64,000 bases of DNA from Phenylobacterium sp. GTDB taxonomy: Bacteria; Pseudomonadota; Alphaproteobacteria; Caulobacterales; Caulobacteraceae. Where the stretch lies: positions 10,995 to 74,994 of the forward strand of contig NZ_JBKJTG010000251.1 of NCBI RefSeq assembly GCF_046590535.1, read 5' to 3'. Positions 10,000 to 20,166 of this stretch are shown in pieces. Numbering within the stretch: the stretch's first letter is position 1; the number at the start of each line of letters is the position of its first letter. Made by a program: the position numbers and the translations under genes. The notes under the pieces are model-generated. The model saw only the letters and a program-made list of their open reading frames with translations. It did not search any database and was not told the DNA's origin.

Positions 10000-10442
10000 G
10001 TAAAACCGCCCTCAGTGAGTGGCGACCGCTCGGCCACTCGGACCGTCACGCGGGCTCTATGTTCCCTGGCAGAACGAACCGTTGCGGCCCTTCTTACCGG
10101 ATTGCCGGTTACAACAAGCTCGTCGGCGCCAGCCTCGGCGGTCGATCCAAAGGCATCCACGCCGCGGCCGCACAGGCCGGCGCTCCCTCCCCCGAACCCT
10201 CCGGTTGCGCCGGCGGGAATCGACAGGGGCAACCCGCGGAGCAGCGGGCGACGCCGCCGGTGCGCGCCAGCGGCCGCCCGAAAAGACGATGGCGGCGTCT
10301 TTCACCGAGGGGAACAGCCAGGCCTCGCGCAACGGAACTTGTCTCTGAAATAGGCCGCGGATGGCGTAAACTTGCCGTTCGTTCAGTAGGGGTTCAGGAC
10401 GGATCGGCTGAATCCTCCTCAAGTTCATCAAGGAGCGTCATC

Positions 10443-10814
10443 TTGCAAATTCGGAAACTGGTAGGCCTCGCCACCGCGGTCGGCGCCGGCGCCCTGCTTC
10501 TGGCAGGCCAGGCCGCAGCTCACGCCAAGCTGTTGACGTCTAACCCCGCAGCCAACGCTGTTGTAGCTGCACCGAAGGTCATAATCCTGAGGTTCAAGGA
10601 GAAGGTGACGCCCGCCTTCTCCGGCTTCGATCTGCTCATGGTCGAGCACAACAACATGAAGGTGCCTGTGACAACCGTGGTCTCAAAGAACGGCACGACG
10701 ATCACCGGAACGCCCCAAGGCGCCTTCATGGCGGGCAGCTACAAGATCAAGTGGCATGCGGCGTCATCCGATGGCCATCGGATGACCGGAGACGTCGACT
10801 TTAAGGTGAAATGA
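10443..10814 (+). CDS. copC: copper resistance protein CopC (periplasmic Cu chaperone)
   Basis: TTG start 7 nt after AAGGAG (10430-10435). Signal peptide ends AAAH|AKL, so His is the first mature residue. SSDGHRMTG lies near the C-terminus. Only the last 124 codons of the 9732..10814 ORF look real. Confidence 0.85.
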   Translation: MQIRKLVGLATAVGAGALLLAGQAAAHAKLLTSNPAANAVVAAPKVIILRFKEKVTPAFSGFDLLMVEHNNMKVPVTTVVSKNGTTITGTPQGAFMAGSYKIKWHAASSDGHRMTGDVDFKVK

Positions 10815-10818
10815 AGCC

Positions 10819-11751
10819 ATGCTTGAGGTCGCGCACGTCCTGGTCAGGCTGGCGCAGTATGCAGGAGCGATGACCCTCTTCGGGTCGTCGCTCTTCTTGC
10901 TCTACGGGCTGCCGCGGGCGGGACCCGCATCCGCGGCGAGCCTTCATTGGCCCCGGCCCCTGCTAATCTCCGGCGCGCTGGTTACGGTGTCCGCCGCCGC
11001 TGTCGGGCTCTTGACCCAGACATCGGTCATGGCGGGATCCCTGGCGGAAGGCCTCAAGGCAGAATCCCTCACCTTCGTCATCACAGGCACCGGGATTGGC
11101 CAAGCCGGCGTGCTCCGCGTTGTCGCCGGCGCCTCGGCCCTTGCCCTCCTGCTCACGCTACGCCCTAGTGGCCTGCTCTGGGGTCTGGTGAGCGCGCTTG
11201 GCGCCGCCGGATGCGCCAGCCTGGCCTGGATGGGACACGGCGCGGCCACTCAAGGCCTGGCCGGACGCGTGCATCTGGTCGCCGACATCCTCCACAGCCT
11301 GGCCGCCGCGGCTTGGACGGGGGCCCTCGTCGCCTTCCTACTCCTCTGCTGGCCGAGATCAGCCACCTCGCCTGAACATCAGCGCTCGCTGCACGGCGCC
11401 CTGCACGGCTTTGCGGGGGTTGGCGCCGCACTGGTGGGCGTGATCGTGGCGACAGGTGCGGTCAACGGCTGGTTCCTGGTCGGGCCGGACAGGCTGGACG
11501 GCCTATGGACGACCACCTATGGCCGGCTGCTTCTGGCGAAGCTTGGGCTGTTCGCGGTGATGCTCATTTTGGCGGCCTCGAACCGCTTCAGGCTCACGCC
11601 CGCCCTCGCGCGCAGCTTGGACGGCAGCGCCCAGACCCCATACGCGCTGACAGACCTGCGACAGAGCCTCATCCTCGAGACGGCCGCGGCGGGCGCCATC
11701 CTGGTCCTGGTGGCCTGGCTCGGCACACTGGCTCCGGTTTCAGCCGTCTGA
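10819..11751 (+). CDS. copD: copper resistance protein CopD (inner-membrane)
   Basis: Polytopic membrane protein starting 5 nt after the copC stop, with CopD-like helices carrying conserved His residues. Confidence 0.85.
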   Translation: MLEVAHVLVRLAQYAGAMTLFGSSLFLLYGLPRAGPASAASLHWPRPLLISGALVTVSAAAVGLLTQTSVMAGSLAEGLKAESLTFVITGTGIGQAGVLRVVAGASALALLLTLRPSGLLWGLVSALGAAGCASLAWMGHGAATQGLAGRVHLVADILHSLAAAAWTGALVAFLLLCWPRSATSPEHQRSLHGALHGFAGVGAALVGVIVATGAVNGWFLVGPDRLDGLWTTTYGRLLLAKLGLFAVMLILAASNRFRLTPALARSLDGSAQTPYALTDLRQSLILETAAAGAILVLVAWLGTLAPVSAV

Positions 11752-11771
11752 GAGGCGCCGCCATCCTGCGA

Positions 11772-12863
11772 TCAGAACCACGCCCGAAGTCCGGCCACGA
11801 AGCGGGTGTCGCCGACATCCTCGCCGTTTCCACGGGCGAAATCGGCGGTGCGCCCCAGGCTCCGCTCATAGCTGACGCCTATGTAGGGCGCGAACTCCCG
11901 GCGGATTTCGTAACGCAGCCGCAGGCCTAGTTCCGCTGAGTACAAGCCGGAGCCGATATCGGAGGCGCGCACGTCCTGGGCCGCAAACTCCAATTCCGCG
12001 CTGGGCTGCAGGATGAGCCTCTGCGTCAGCCGGAAGTCGTAGCTGCCTTCTACCCGCCCGAGGAGGTCGCCGTCCTGCGACAGGAAGAGGGCGCCCTCGG
12101 CGTCGAACCAGTAGGGAAAGAGCGTTTCGGCGCCGAGCGTCAGGTAGGTGACGGACCGGGGCTCCAGGTCATGACGAAGACCGATCTGCAGGTCGGTATA
12201 CCGGGTCACGGCGCGCGAAAAGAGGGCCTGGATCTCTGCCTCGTGGACACCTTCGCGTCGGCCGCCCTCACCCTCGGACTTGAGGACGAAGCGGTTGATG
12301 TCGCCCCCCCACCAGCCTTCGACATCCCAGCGGTAACCTCCGCCGCCCGGCCTTGATTGATACTCCGCGAGGTTCGCCATCACCTGGGAAAGCCTGGCGC
12401 CCCCGTGCTCCTCACGCAGAAGGTCACGGGCCCGCGCCATCTGGTCAGCCGAATAGATGCTATCCGCCAGATTGTCGGTCGGCGGCGGCGGGGGCGGGGA
12501 GGACCCCACCGGCAGTTGCGCCGCGCTCGTCACCGATGCTGCGCCAGGCATGACGTGGCCCGCGTGAGGGTCGGCGGCTGGCGCCGCGGGCATGACGTGG
12601 CCGGCATGCGGGTCAGCCGCGGTGGCGGGCGGGGCCGTCATCATATGCCCCGCGTGGGGGTCGGTCGCTGGAGCGGCCGGCATCGTGTGGCCCGCATGAG
12701 GGTCGGCGGCTGGCGCAGCCGGCATGTTGTGGCCGGCATGCGGATCTGCCGGTTGGGCGGCCGGTGTCGCCGCCCGGTGAGCCGCGTGAGGATCCGGTGT
12801 CTGCGCCCCCGCCTGGGTGGCGAACACGGCGGACGCCAGGCAGAGAAGGGCGAGCCGGCTCAT
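11772..12863 (-). CDS. copB: copper resistance protein B (CopB/PcoB outer-membrane protein)
   Basis: Signal peptide, then Met/His-rich repeats, then a beta-barrel ending ...GLRAWF. The start overlaps the copA stop (ATGA). Confidence 0.85.
   Translation of the reverse strand: MSRLALLCLASAVFATQAGAQTPDPHAAHRAATPAAQPADPHAGHNMPAAPAADPHAGHTMPAAPATDPHAGHMMTAPPATAADPHAGHVMPAAPAADPHAGHVMPGAASVTSAAQLPVGSSPPPPPPTDNLADSIYSADQMARARDLLREEHGGARLSQVMANLAEYQSRPGGGGYRWDVEGWWGGDINRFVLKSEGEGGRREGVHEAEIQALFSRAVTRYTDLQIGLRHDLEPRSVTYLTLGAETLFPYWFDAEGALFLSQDGDLLGRVEGSYDFRLTQRLILQPSAELEFAAQDVRASDIGSGLYSAELGLRLRYEIRREFAPYIGVSYERSLGRTADFARGNGEDVGDTRFVAGLRAWF
12546..12794 (-). repeat. in-frame tandem repeats encoding six DPHA(G/A)H-x-MP(A)APA Cu-binding motifs in CopB
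   Basis: D24, D40, D54, D68, D84 and D98 each begin a DPHAGH unit. The period is 14-16 codons and is visible at the DNA level. Confidence 0.75.
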
Positions 12864-14686
12864 GCGGCTGCTCCCGCGCCGGCGCGCACCTTGAACACCT
12901 GAAACATGCCAGCGTGCATGTGGTAGAGCATGTGACAGTGGAACGCCCAGTCACCCGCCTCTCCGGTGACGTCAAAGGTGACTTTCCCGCCCGGCAAGAC
13001 GTTGACGGTGTGCTTGCGTGGCAGGTGACCCACGGGCCCATGGACCAGTTCGAAGAAGTGGCCGTGCAGGTGGATCGGGTGGGTCATCATGGTGTCGTTG
13101 ACCAGCGTGACGCGCACACGCTCGCCGTGACGTAGGGAATAGGGCGGCGGGTTCTCGCTGAATTTCCGGCCATCAAAGCCCCACATGAACCGTTCCATGT
13201 TGCCGGTGAGCCGGATCTCCATGGCGCGGGAGGGCGCGCGCTGGTCAGGATTCGCGGCCAAGGCGACGAGGTCCTGGTAGACCAGCACGCGATGCCCGAC
13301 GCTCTCCAGTCCCTGGCCGGCGTCCCCGGTGCGATCCATGGGCATCGGCGAGATCATCTGCACGCCCGGTCCTATCTTCACCTGCGGCGCCTTGTTCGGG
13401 TCGAGCATGTTCATGTCCATGCCCGCCATGTCGCCCATCACGTCAGAGCCCCGCGGGCGCGAAGGCGCCATGCCCGGTCCGGCCGCCGACGCTGGTGCAT
13501 GGCCCATGGCGGCGTGATCCACCGTGGCGACCGCACCGGGCGCACCGCCGTGTCCGGCATGCGCGGACATGTCCATGCCCATGTCCTTCATGGTGGCCAG
13601 CGGTCGCTCGCGCAGCGGCGGCACGGGAGCGGTCATCCCCGACCTGGGCGCCAGGGTCGCCCGGCCCATACCGGAACGGTCCACAGCTTCCGAGACGATG
13701 GTGAACGCCTGGTCGTCGGTCGGCTGCACGATCACATCGTAAGTCTCGGCGTTACCGATCTGGAACTCGTCGACCTCCACGGGGCGGACGTTCTGGCCGT
13801 CCGCGGCGACAATGGTCATTCGCAGGCCGGGGATGCGGACGTTGAAGATCATCTGGGCGGCGGCGTTGATGAACCGCAGCCTGACCCGCTCCCCGGGCTT
13901 GAACAGTCCGGTCCAGTTCTCCTGCGGCCCATGACCGTTGACCAGGAACTCAAGCGCCGCGCCGGTCACATCGGAAATGTCGGTGGGATCCATGAGCATC
14001 TTCGCCCACTCAATCCGCTCGGCCAGGGTCTGGTCCTTGCCGGCCAGCAGCCCTGCAATGGTCTGCCGCTGGTGATTGAAGACCCCGCCCTGCTGCTTCA
14101 GCTTCTGGAAGATCTTGTGCGGGTGCATGAAGCTGAAGTCGGAGAGCACCAGGACATGCTCGCGGTCGAACGCCACGGGATCGACGCCAGCCGGGTCGAT
14201 GACGAGCGGCCCATAGTGCCCTTCCTGCTCCTGCAGGCCCGAGTGGCTGTGATACCAGTATGTGCCGGACTGAATGATTGGAAACTCATAGACGAAGGTC
14301 TCGCCTGGGCGGATGCCGGGGAAGCTGACGCCGGGCACACCATCCATCTGGAACGGGACGAGCAGGCCGTGCCAGTGGATGGAGGTTTCCTCGGCCAGGT
14401 TATTGGTCACCGACAGCCGGGCCTTCTGGCCCTCCTTCAGGCGGATCAGCGGGCCCGGGACTGTTCCGTTGATCGCCAACGCATGACCTGAACGGCCGCC
14501 AACATTGATCGCCGAGTGGCCGATCGTGAGACGGATGTCCTCGCCGGACAGGGTCGGCAGGGTGGCCAGGCCCGGCGTCGCGCTCCGCGCCCACCCGGGC
14601 AGAAGCGAGGCCGCCGCGCCGCCGCCGAGCATGGCTGAGGCCCGCAACAACTGGCGGCGGTCGAGGTCGGTCGTAAGCGGGCGCAT
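12860..14686 (-). CDS. copA: multicopper oxidase CopA/PcoA
   Basis: Start set at the Tat signal MRPLTTDLDRRQLLRASAML. Copper ligand motifs are HWHG, HSH, HPIHLHGH and HCHMLYHMHAGM. Confidence 0.9.
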   Translation of the reverse strand: MRPLTTDLDRRQLLRASAMLGGGAAASLLPGWARSATPGLATLPTLSGEDIRLTIGHSAINVGGRSGHALAINGTVPGPLIRLKEGQKARLSVTNNLAEETSIHWHGLLVPFQMDGVPGVSFPGIRPGETFVYEFPIIQSGTYWYHSHSGLQEQEGHYGPLVIDPAGVDPVAFDREHVLVLSDFSFMHPHKIFQKLKQQGGVFNHQRQTIAGLLAGKDQTLAERIEWAKMLMDPTDISDVTGAALEFLVNGHGPQENWTGLFKPGERVRLRFINAAAQMIFNVRIPGLRMTIVAADGQNVRPVEVDEFQIGNAETYDVIVQPTDDQAFTIVSEAVDRSGMGRATLAPRSGMTAPVPPLRERPLATMKDMGMDMSAHAGHGGAPGAVATVDHAAMGHAPASAAGPGMAPSRPRGSDVMGDMAGMDMNMLDPNKAPQVKIGPGVQMISPMPMDRTGDAGQGLESVGHRVLVYQDLVALAANPDQRAPSRAMEIRLTGNMERFMWGFDGRKFSENPPPYSLRHGERVRVTLVNDTMMTHPIHLHGHFFELVHGPVGHLPRKHTVNVLPGGKVTFDVTGEAGDWAFHCHMLYHMHAGMFQVFKVRAGAGAAA

Positions 14687-14923
14687 CCAGATGTCCTGGT
14701 TCACTTCAGCGGCTTCGAGATGGGCTTCCCGCCGTGGAGGCTCAAGGTGGGATGCGTCCGGGCGGTGGAGTAGCAATATGGGGCGGCGACCCTCAGCTCT
14801 CAAGCCTGCGGATGCTGGAGTTGCACTGCTTCACCCCGGGCAACGTTGAGCACCGGCTGTTGGAACGCGGCGGCGCCATGAGATGGTTCGGCTGCGGTGG
14901 GACAGGGTCTTCCTGATCGGAGA

Positions 14924-15766
14924 CTAGCCGCCGGCCATATCGCGCAGGTCGCACTCCGCGGCGATGTAGCCGAAGGCGAATCGGCTGCGACCCTGGAGGA
15001 TCTGCTCGAACACCTCGCGGGCGCGGTCCGTCTCCCCGTTGTAGAGATGCCAGTTGCCCACGCCGTAGCCCTGGGTCGCGTAGAGGGTCTCCAGATCGTG
15101 GATCACCTGGGAGCCCTTGTCAGGGTTCAGCAGGTCCTCGGGCCGAAGCTCCCCGCGGTACATCCGCAGGCGGCGATAGTAGGAGGGCCCCTCGACGAAC
15201 GCCTCGTCCGGCAGGCCTTCGGGGATCGCCGCCAGCACCTGGTCCGCCCCAGCCTCGTCGCCCTTGCGGCGCAGGGTCATGTAGAGCCAGTCATTGCAGG
15301 CGGTGAGCCCGTCGTGGTCCTCGGGGCGCACCCATTCCAGGCACCGCCGGTAGCCGGCTTCCGCCGCGTCCCATTCCCTCAGCAGGTAGTGGGCCAGGGC
15401 CAGGTGATACCAGGTGTTGAACTGGATGCTGGTGGCCGGCACAGGAAGCTCGTTGCCCTTCCCGTCCGGCTCAATCCACTCCGGCCTGCCCTCGATCAGC
15501 TCCGCGGCGCGCGCCAGGTCGGCCTGCCCCTCGGCGAACCGCCGGGTCGACAGATAGCGATGGCCGCGCTGGCGCAGGAGTTCGAAGGAACCGGGATACC
15601 GCTCCAGTCTCTCGCTGAACACCGCGATAGCCTCGTCTATCCGGTAGCGGAACCCCAGCACCCGGCCGTACCACACGGTGTTGGGCAAGGAGGGGTCGTC
15701 CTCGTAGTTTGATCGGGCGCTGTCCAGGGTGCGGCGGGAGCGATCACGGAGACTGTCTTCGGTCAT
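14924..15766 (-). CDS. TPR-like repeat hypothetical protein
   Basis: Only the C-terminal 280 codons of the 653-aa ORF have coding character (start MTEDSLRD). The helical-repeat composition is TPR-like. Confidence 0.6.
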   Translation of the reverse strand: MTEDSLRDRSRRTLDSARSNYEDDPSLPNTVWYGRVLGFRYRIDEAIAVFSERLERYPGSFELLRQRGHRYLSTRRFAEGQADLARAAELIEGRPEWIEPDGKGNELPVPATSIQFNTWYHLALAHYLLREWDAAEAGYRRCLEWVRPEDHDGLTACNDWLYMTLRRKGDEAGADQVLAAIPEGLPDEAFVEGPSYYRRLRMYRGELRPEDLLNPDKGSQVIHDLETLYATQGYGVGNWHLYNGETDRAREVFEQILQGRSRFAFGYIAAECDLRDMAGG

Positions 15767-16000
15767 GGCGGCAGTGGAGCGGCTGGAGCCGTCCGTTGCA
15801 AGATCGCGCGCACCGCAAAACCGATTGGCGCTGATTGCGGGATCGAAGCGACAGTCCCTGGTATCCCTAGATGATCCTGGTTCGGGAGAAGGGCAGCGAG
15901 ATAGAGCGGGATCGTCACGCGGCGATCCACCGCCCGCGGAATTGACGGCCCGGATGCCGCCACTAGAGTTTTGCGCGACCAGCATCACAGGGGCGCCGCC

Positions 16001-16978
16001 ATGAAAACCCGCATCACCGAACTGTTCGCGATTGAACATCCGATCATCCAGGGCGGCATGCACTTCGTCGGTCTGGCGGAACTGGCCGCCGCGGTGTCCA
16101 ACGCCGGCGGCCTGGGGATCATCACCGGCCTGACCCAACGAACCCCCGAAGCGCTCGGCAAGGAGATCGCCCGCTGCCGGGAGATGACCGACATGCCGTT
16201 CGGCGTGAACCTGACCTTCCTGCCCTCGGTCACGCCGCCGGACTACCCGGGCTATGTGACGGCGATCATCGACGGCGGGGTGAAGGTGGTGGAGACCGCG
16301 GGGAACAATCCCCAGAAGTGGATGCCGGCGCTCAAGGAAGCCGGGATCAAGGTGATCCACAAGTGCACCTCGGTGCGTCACTCCCTGAAGGCGGAGTCCA
16401 TCGGCTGCGACGCGGTCAGCGTCGACGGCTTCGAGTGCGGCGGCCATCCGGGCGAGGATGACGTGCCGAACTTCATCCTGCTGCCCCGCGCCGCCGAGGA
16501 GCTGAGGATTCCCTTCGTGGCCTCTGGCGGCATGGCCGACGGACGCTCGCTGGTGGCCGCCCTGGCGCTGGGCGCGGAGGGCATGAACATGGGCACCCGT
16601 TTCATGGCCACGAAGGAAGCGCCGATCCATGAGAACGTGAAACAGGCCCTGGTGGCGGCCTCGGAACTCGACACCCGCCTGATCATGCGCCCGCTGCGCA
16701 ACACCGAGCGCGTGCTGGCCAATGCGGCCGTGGACCGCCTGCTGGAAAAGGAGCGGACCCTGGGCGCCGACCTGAAGTTCACCGACATCATCGCCGAGGT
16801 CGGCGGGGTCTATCCGAAGATCATGCAGCAGGGGGACATGGACGCCGGCGCCTGGTCCTGCGGCATGGTGGCCGGCCTGATCCACGACGTGCCGACCTGC
16901 AAGGAACTGATCGACCGAATCATGGTCGAGGCGGACGCCCTGATCCGGCAGCGACTGAGCCGGCTCGTCGCCGCGTGA
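16001..16978 (+). CDS. nitronate monooxygenase / FabK-like FMN oxidoreductase
   Basis: HPIIQGGMHFVGLAELAAAVSNAGGLGIITG, GFECGGHPG and ASGGMADGR are typical of the NMO (2-nitropropane dioxygenase) family. Confidence 0.85.
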   Translation: MKTRITELFAIEHPIIQGGMHFVGLAELAAAVSNAGGLGIITGLTQRTPEALGKEIARCREMTDMPFGVNLTFLPSVTPPDYPGYVTAIIDGGVKVVETAGNNPQKWMPALKEAGIKVIHKCTSVRHSLKAESIGCDAVSVDGFECGGHPGEDDVPNFILLPRAAEELRIPFVASGGMADGRSLVAALALGAEGMNMGTRFMATKEAPIHENVKQALVAASELDTRLIMRPLRNTERVLANAAVDRLLEKERTLGADLKFTDIIAEVGGVYPKIMQQGDMDAGAWSCGMVAGLIHDVPTCKELIDRIMVEADALIRQRLSRLVAA

Positions 16979-17087
16979 AGGTCGTCGTCGCCGGTCAGAG
17001 TGCGTCGCCAGATTTGCGCTGGACTGACCCTACGGCGGGTCGCCAACTGATCGTCGGCGAACCCGCGCCGCTCTGAAGGACGAGACC

Positions 17088-18326
17088 ATGCCCGAAGCCC
17101 TGATCATCGACGCCTGCCGCACGCCCCGCGGCATCGGCAAGGTCGGCAAGGGCGCCCTCGCCGAAATTCATCCCCAGCAGCTCGCCGCTACCGTCCTCAA
17201 GGGCCTAGCCGAGCGCAACAACCTCAACACCGCCGAGGTGGACGACATCATCTGGGGCACCTCCAGCCAGCGCGGCAAGCAGGGCGGCGACATGGGCCGG
17301 ATGGCGGCGCTGGACGCCGGCTACGACGTGCGCGCCAGCGGCATGACCCTGGACCGGTTCTGCGGCTCCGGCATCACGGCGGTGAACATCGCGGCGGCCA
17401 ACATCATGTCGGGCATGGAAGACCTGGTGATCGCCGGCGGCTGCGAGATGATGAGCTACACCGCCGCCATCGCCGACCCTAGCAGCATGACCTTGATGGA
17501 CGGCGGCAACATGCGCCTGCGCGCCCGCCACCCGCAGTCGCACCAGGGGGTCTGCGCCGACGCAATCGCCACTCTGGAGGGCATCGAGCGCGAGGCGCTG
17601 GACGAGCTCGCCCTGGTCAGCCAGCAGCGCGCCGACCACGCCATCCGCAACGGCCACTTCGATCGGGCCCTGGTCCCCGTCTACAACGAGGACGGGACGC
17701 TCGCCCTGGATCGCGAGGAGTTCCCCCGCCCGCAGACCACGATGGAGGGCCTGTCGGGCCTGAAGGCGTCCTTCGCCGCCTACGCCGCCATGCCCATCGA
17801 CGCCGAGGGGACCACCCTGGGCGGCCTGATCCAGAAGGTCTATCCGGACCTGGTGTTCAACCACGTGCACCACGCCGGCAACTCGTCGGGCGTGGTCGAC
17901 GGCTCGGGCGCCCTGCTGCTGGCCTCGCCGGAGTACGCGGCCAAGCACGGCCTGAAACCCCGCGCCAGGGTGGTGGCCATGGCCAACATCGGCGACAGCC
18001 CGACCCTGATGCTCAACGCGCCGGTTCCGGCGGCCCGCAAGGTGCTGGCCAAGGCCGGCCTCACCGTCGACGACATCGACCTGTGGGAAATCAACGAGGC
18101 GTTCGCGGTGGTGGCCGAGAAGTTCATCCGCGACCTGGGGCTCGACCGCGACAAGGTCAACGTCAACGGCGGCGCCATGGCGCTGGGCCACCCGATCGGC
18201 GCCACCGGCGCGATCCTGATCGGCACCCTGCTGGACGAGCTGGAACGCCGCGACCTGAAGCGCGGCCTGGTGACCATGTGCGCCGCCGGCGGCATGGCCC
18301 CGGCGATCATCATCGAGCGGGTCTGA
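17088..18326 (+). CDS. acetyl-CoA C-acyltransferase (thiolase)
   Basis: Acyl-Cys region DRFCGSGI. C-terminal NVNGGAMALGHPIGATG and MCAAGGMA. Confidence 0.9.
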   Translation: MPEALIIDACRTPRGIGKVGKGALAEIHPQQLAATVLKGLAERNNLNTAEVDDIIWGTSSQRGKQGGDMGRMAALDAGYDVRASGMTLDRFCGSGITAVNIAAANIMSGMEDLVIAGGCEMMSYTAAIADPSSMTLMDGGNMRLRARHPQSHQGVCADAIATLEGIEREALDELALVSQQRADHAIRNGHFDRALVPVYNEDGTLALDREEFPRPQTTMEGLSGLKASFAAYAAMPIDAEGTTLGGLIQKVYPDLVFNHVHHAGNSSGVVDGSGALLLASPEYAAKHGLKPRARVVAMANIGDSPTLMLNAPVPAARKVLAKAGLTVDDIDLWEINEAFAVVAEKFIRDLGLDRDKVNVNGGAMALGHPIGATGAILIGTLLDELERRDLKRGLVTMCAAGGMAPAIIIERV

Positions 18327-18392
18327 CCGCAGCGCTTCGCCGTTTTCAAGCCGCGCACACGGGATCATTCTGGGCTAAGGCCGTTGCGGCCC

Positions 18393-19013
18393 ATGGATGA
18401 CCCGGACTTGAGCACCGACCTGACTTTCAACGCTGCCCGGGAAGGGCGCCGCAAGCGGCTGGTGTGGGTGCGCGTCCTTCGGCTCGGACTGCCGCTGGCC
18501 GCCGCGACCGTGGTCGCCGGCGTGGCCGGCCAGATCGCCTGGCGCTCGCTGGCGGTCCTGCGCGCTCCGCCGCCGGTGGCCGCCGAGACCGCGGTGCGCA
18601 TGATCAATCCCTCGTTCCGGGGCCAGGGGCGCGACGGCAGCCGCTATGTGGTCACCGCCCGATCCGGCGTCCGGGACGCCGGTGACGCGGCCCGCATCCT
18701 GCTGGACAGCCCGACGGTGTTCATCGGCCGGGCCGGAGAGCCCGACGGCGCGCGCAGCGTCGCTCAGCGCGGCGTGTTCCGCGAGGACGACCTGACCCTG
18801 CGTCTGGAGGGCGACGTACGCCTGGAGCGGGGCGGATCTCGGTTCGTCGCCAAGGTCGCCACCATCAACACGGCCACCGGCCAGATCAGCGGCGAAGGGC
18901 TGAAGGGCGCCGGCGACACGGGCGCCGTGCAGGCCGACAGCTACGCCATCGATGGCGCCGGCGACCGCATGGTCCTGAAGGGCGGCGTCCGCGCCCGGAT
19001 CAGTGGACGCTGA
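18393..19013 (+). CDS. LptC-like protein (N-terminal membrane anchor plus beta-jellyroll)
   Basis: TM helix LRLGLPLAAATVVAGVAG. It is followed by MINPSFRGQGRDGSRYVVTARSG..D....ILLDSP.V.......A..G.F.....L.L.GDV.L, an LptC-type pattern. An alternative TTG start exists at 18384. Confidence 0.55.
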   Translation: MDDPDLSTDLTFNAAREGRRKRLVWVRVLRLGLPLAAATVVAGVAGQIAWRSLAVLRAPPPVAAETAVRMINPSFRGQGRDGSRYVVTARSGVRDAGDAARILLDSPTVFIGRAGEPDGARSVAQRGVFREDDLTLRLEGDVRLERGGSRFVAKVATINTATGQISGEGLKGAGDTGAVQADSYAIDGAGDRMVLKGGVRARISGR

Positions 19014-20166
19014 TCCCTTGCGCGCGGACGCTCAGGCCGCCCGGCGCAAGGTCTGCTTCCTGTTCATCGCCCAGCCGCACCAGGTTTTCCACAGCCTGCC
19101 TATCGCCCTGGCGCTCGCCAGAGGCTGGCCGCAGATCGATGTGGAAGTGGCCGCCACCACCCAGGCCCAGCTGGACCTGATCGACGACCTGACAGTGCGA
19201 ACTGAGGCAGCGCCGCTTAAGCAGCGCCTGCTAGGCCCGGGCTGGCTGCGCGGCTTCCGGCCCAACGGCGCTTCGGTGCCGCCCAAGGCCGCCATGCTGG
19301 CCGCCAACCTCGGGGTGTTGGCCGGCTATGACGCCATCGCCTGTCCCGAGCGGACCACCACCCTGATCCGCCGGCTGGGCCTGAAGCGACCGCTGTTGAT
19401 CTACACCCAGCACGGGGCAGGAGACCGGGGTGGCACCTTCGAGCCGCGTCTGGGGCTGTTCGACCTGGTGATGGCCTCGGGGCCCAAGACCCGGGACAGG
19501 ATCGTGGAGCCCGGCCTGGCCAGACCCGAGAACTGCGTCAGCGTGGGCTATCCGAAGTTCGACATGGTCGAGGCCCTGCCGCCGCCCCGGCTGCCGGCGT
19601 TCGCGCAGGTCCGGCCGGTGGTGCTCTACAATCCGCACTTCGACCCGGCGCTGAGTTCCTGGCCGGGCGAGGGGCTGAAGGTGCTGGAGGCGTTCGCCGC
19701 CGACGACCGCTACAACCTGATCTTCGCCCCGCACGTGCGCCTGTTCGACGCCCACCACCCCGACCGGGCAAAGCTGGCCTGGTTCGCGGACGCCCCCAAC
19801 ATTCACATCGACCTGGGCGGCCCGGCGATGATGGACATGAGCTACACCCGCCTGGCCGACGTGTACCTGGGCGACGTCTCCAGCCAGGTCTACGAATTCC
19901 TCCTCGAGCCCCGCCCCTGCGCCTTCCTCAACACCCACCGCGTCGCCTGGCGCGGTCACGAGGACTACCTCTGCTGGACCTACGGCCCGGTGGTGGAGCA
20001 CGCCGCCCACGTCATCGACTCCATCGACCGGTCCCGCGCCGACCACACGCGCCTGTATCGCGCCCCGCAGGAGGCCGGCTTCGCCGAGACCTTCGACCTG
20101 GAGGGCGCGTCCTCCTCCCAGCGGGCGGCGCAGGCGATCGTTCGCCTGCTGGAGCGGGCGCCATGA
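19003..20166 (+). CDS. GT-B-like protein, possibly a TagF-type CDP-glycerol glycerophosphotransferase
   Basis: The GTG start overlaps the LptC-like stop. The layout has two Rossmann-like halves. The C-terminal ...YLGDVSSQVYEFL... resembles the TagF-family donor-binding region. The functional call is tentative. Confidence 0.45.
   Translation: MDADPLRADAQAARRKVCFLFIAQPHQVFHSLPIALALARGWPQIDVEVAATTQAQLDLIDDLTVRTEAAPLKQRLLGPGWLRGFRPNGASVPPKAAMLAANLGVLAGYDAIACPERTTTLIRRLGLKRPLLIYTQHGAGDRGGTFEPRLGLFDLVMASGPKTRDRIVEPGLARPENCVSVGYPKFDMVEALPPPRLPAFAQVRPVVLYNPHFDPALSSWPGEGLKVLEAFAADDRYNLIFAPHVRLFDAHHPDRAKLAWFADAPNIHIDLGGPAMMDMSYTRLADVYLGDVSSQVYEFLLEPRPCAFLNTHRVAWRGHEDYLCWTYGPVVEHAAHVIDSIDRSRADHTRLYRAPQEAGFAETFDLEGASSSQRAAQAIVRLLERAP

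Noticed and set aside
9732-10442. N-terminal 237 codons of the 360-aa ORF that ends as CopC
   Set aside because: The translation is Arg/Pro-rich nonsense. A TTG with a good AAGGAG RBS sits immediately before the CopC signal peptide.
14687-14923. Possible MerR/CueR-type promoter upstream of copA (TTGAGA-N19-TATTGC on the minus strand)
   Set aside because: The long spacer is suggestive, but I found no dyad symmetry in the spacer and no regulator gene. It is too weak to report as a feature.
15767-16885. N-terminal about 370 aa of the 653-aa minus-strand ORF
   Set aside because: It is antisense to the well-supported nitronate monooxygenase gene and has low complexity. Only the part from MTEDSLRD onward looks like a real protein.
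17205-18368. 387-aa minus-strand ORF
   Set aside because: It is fully antisense to the thiolase gene and has no motifs.
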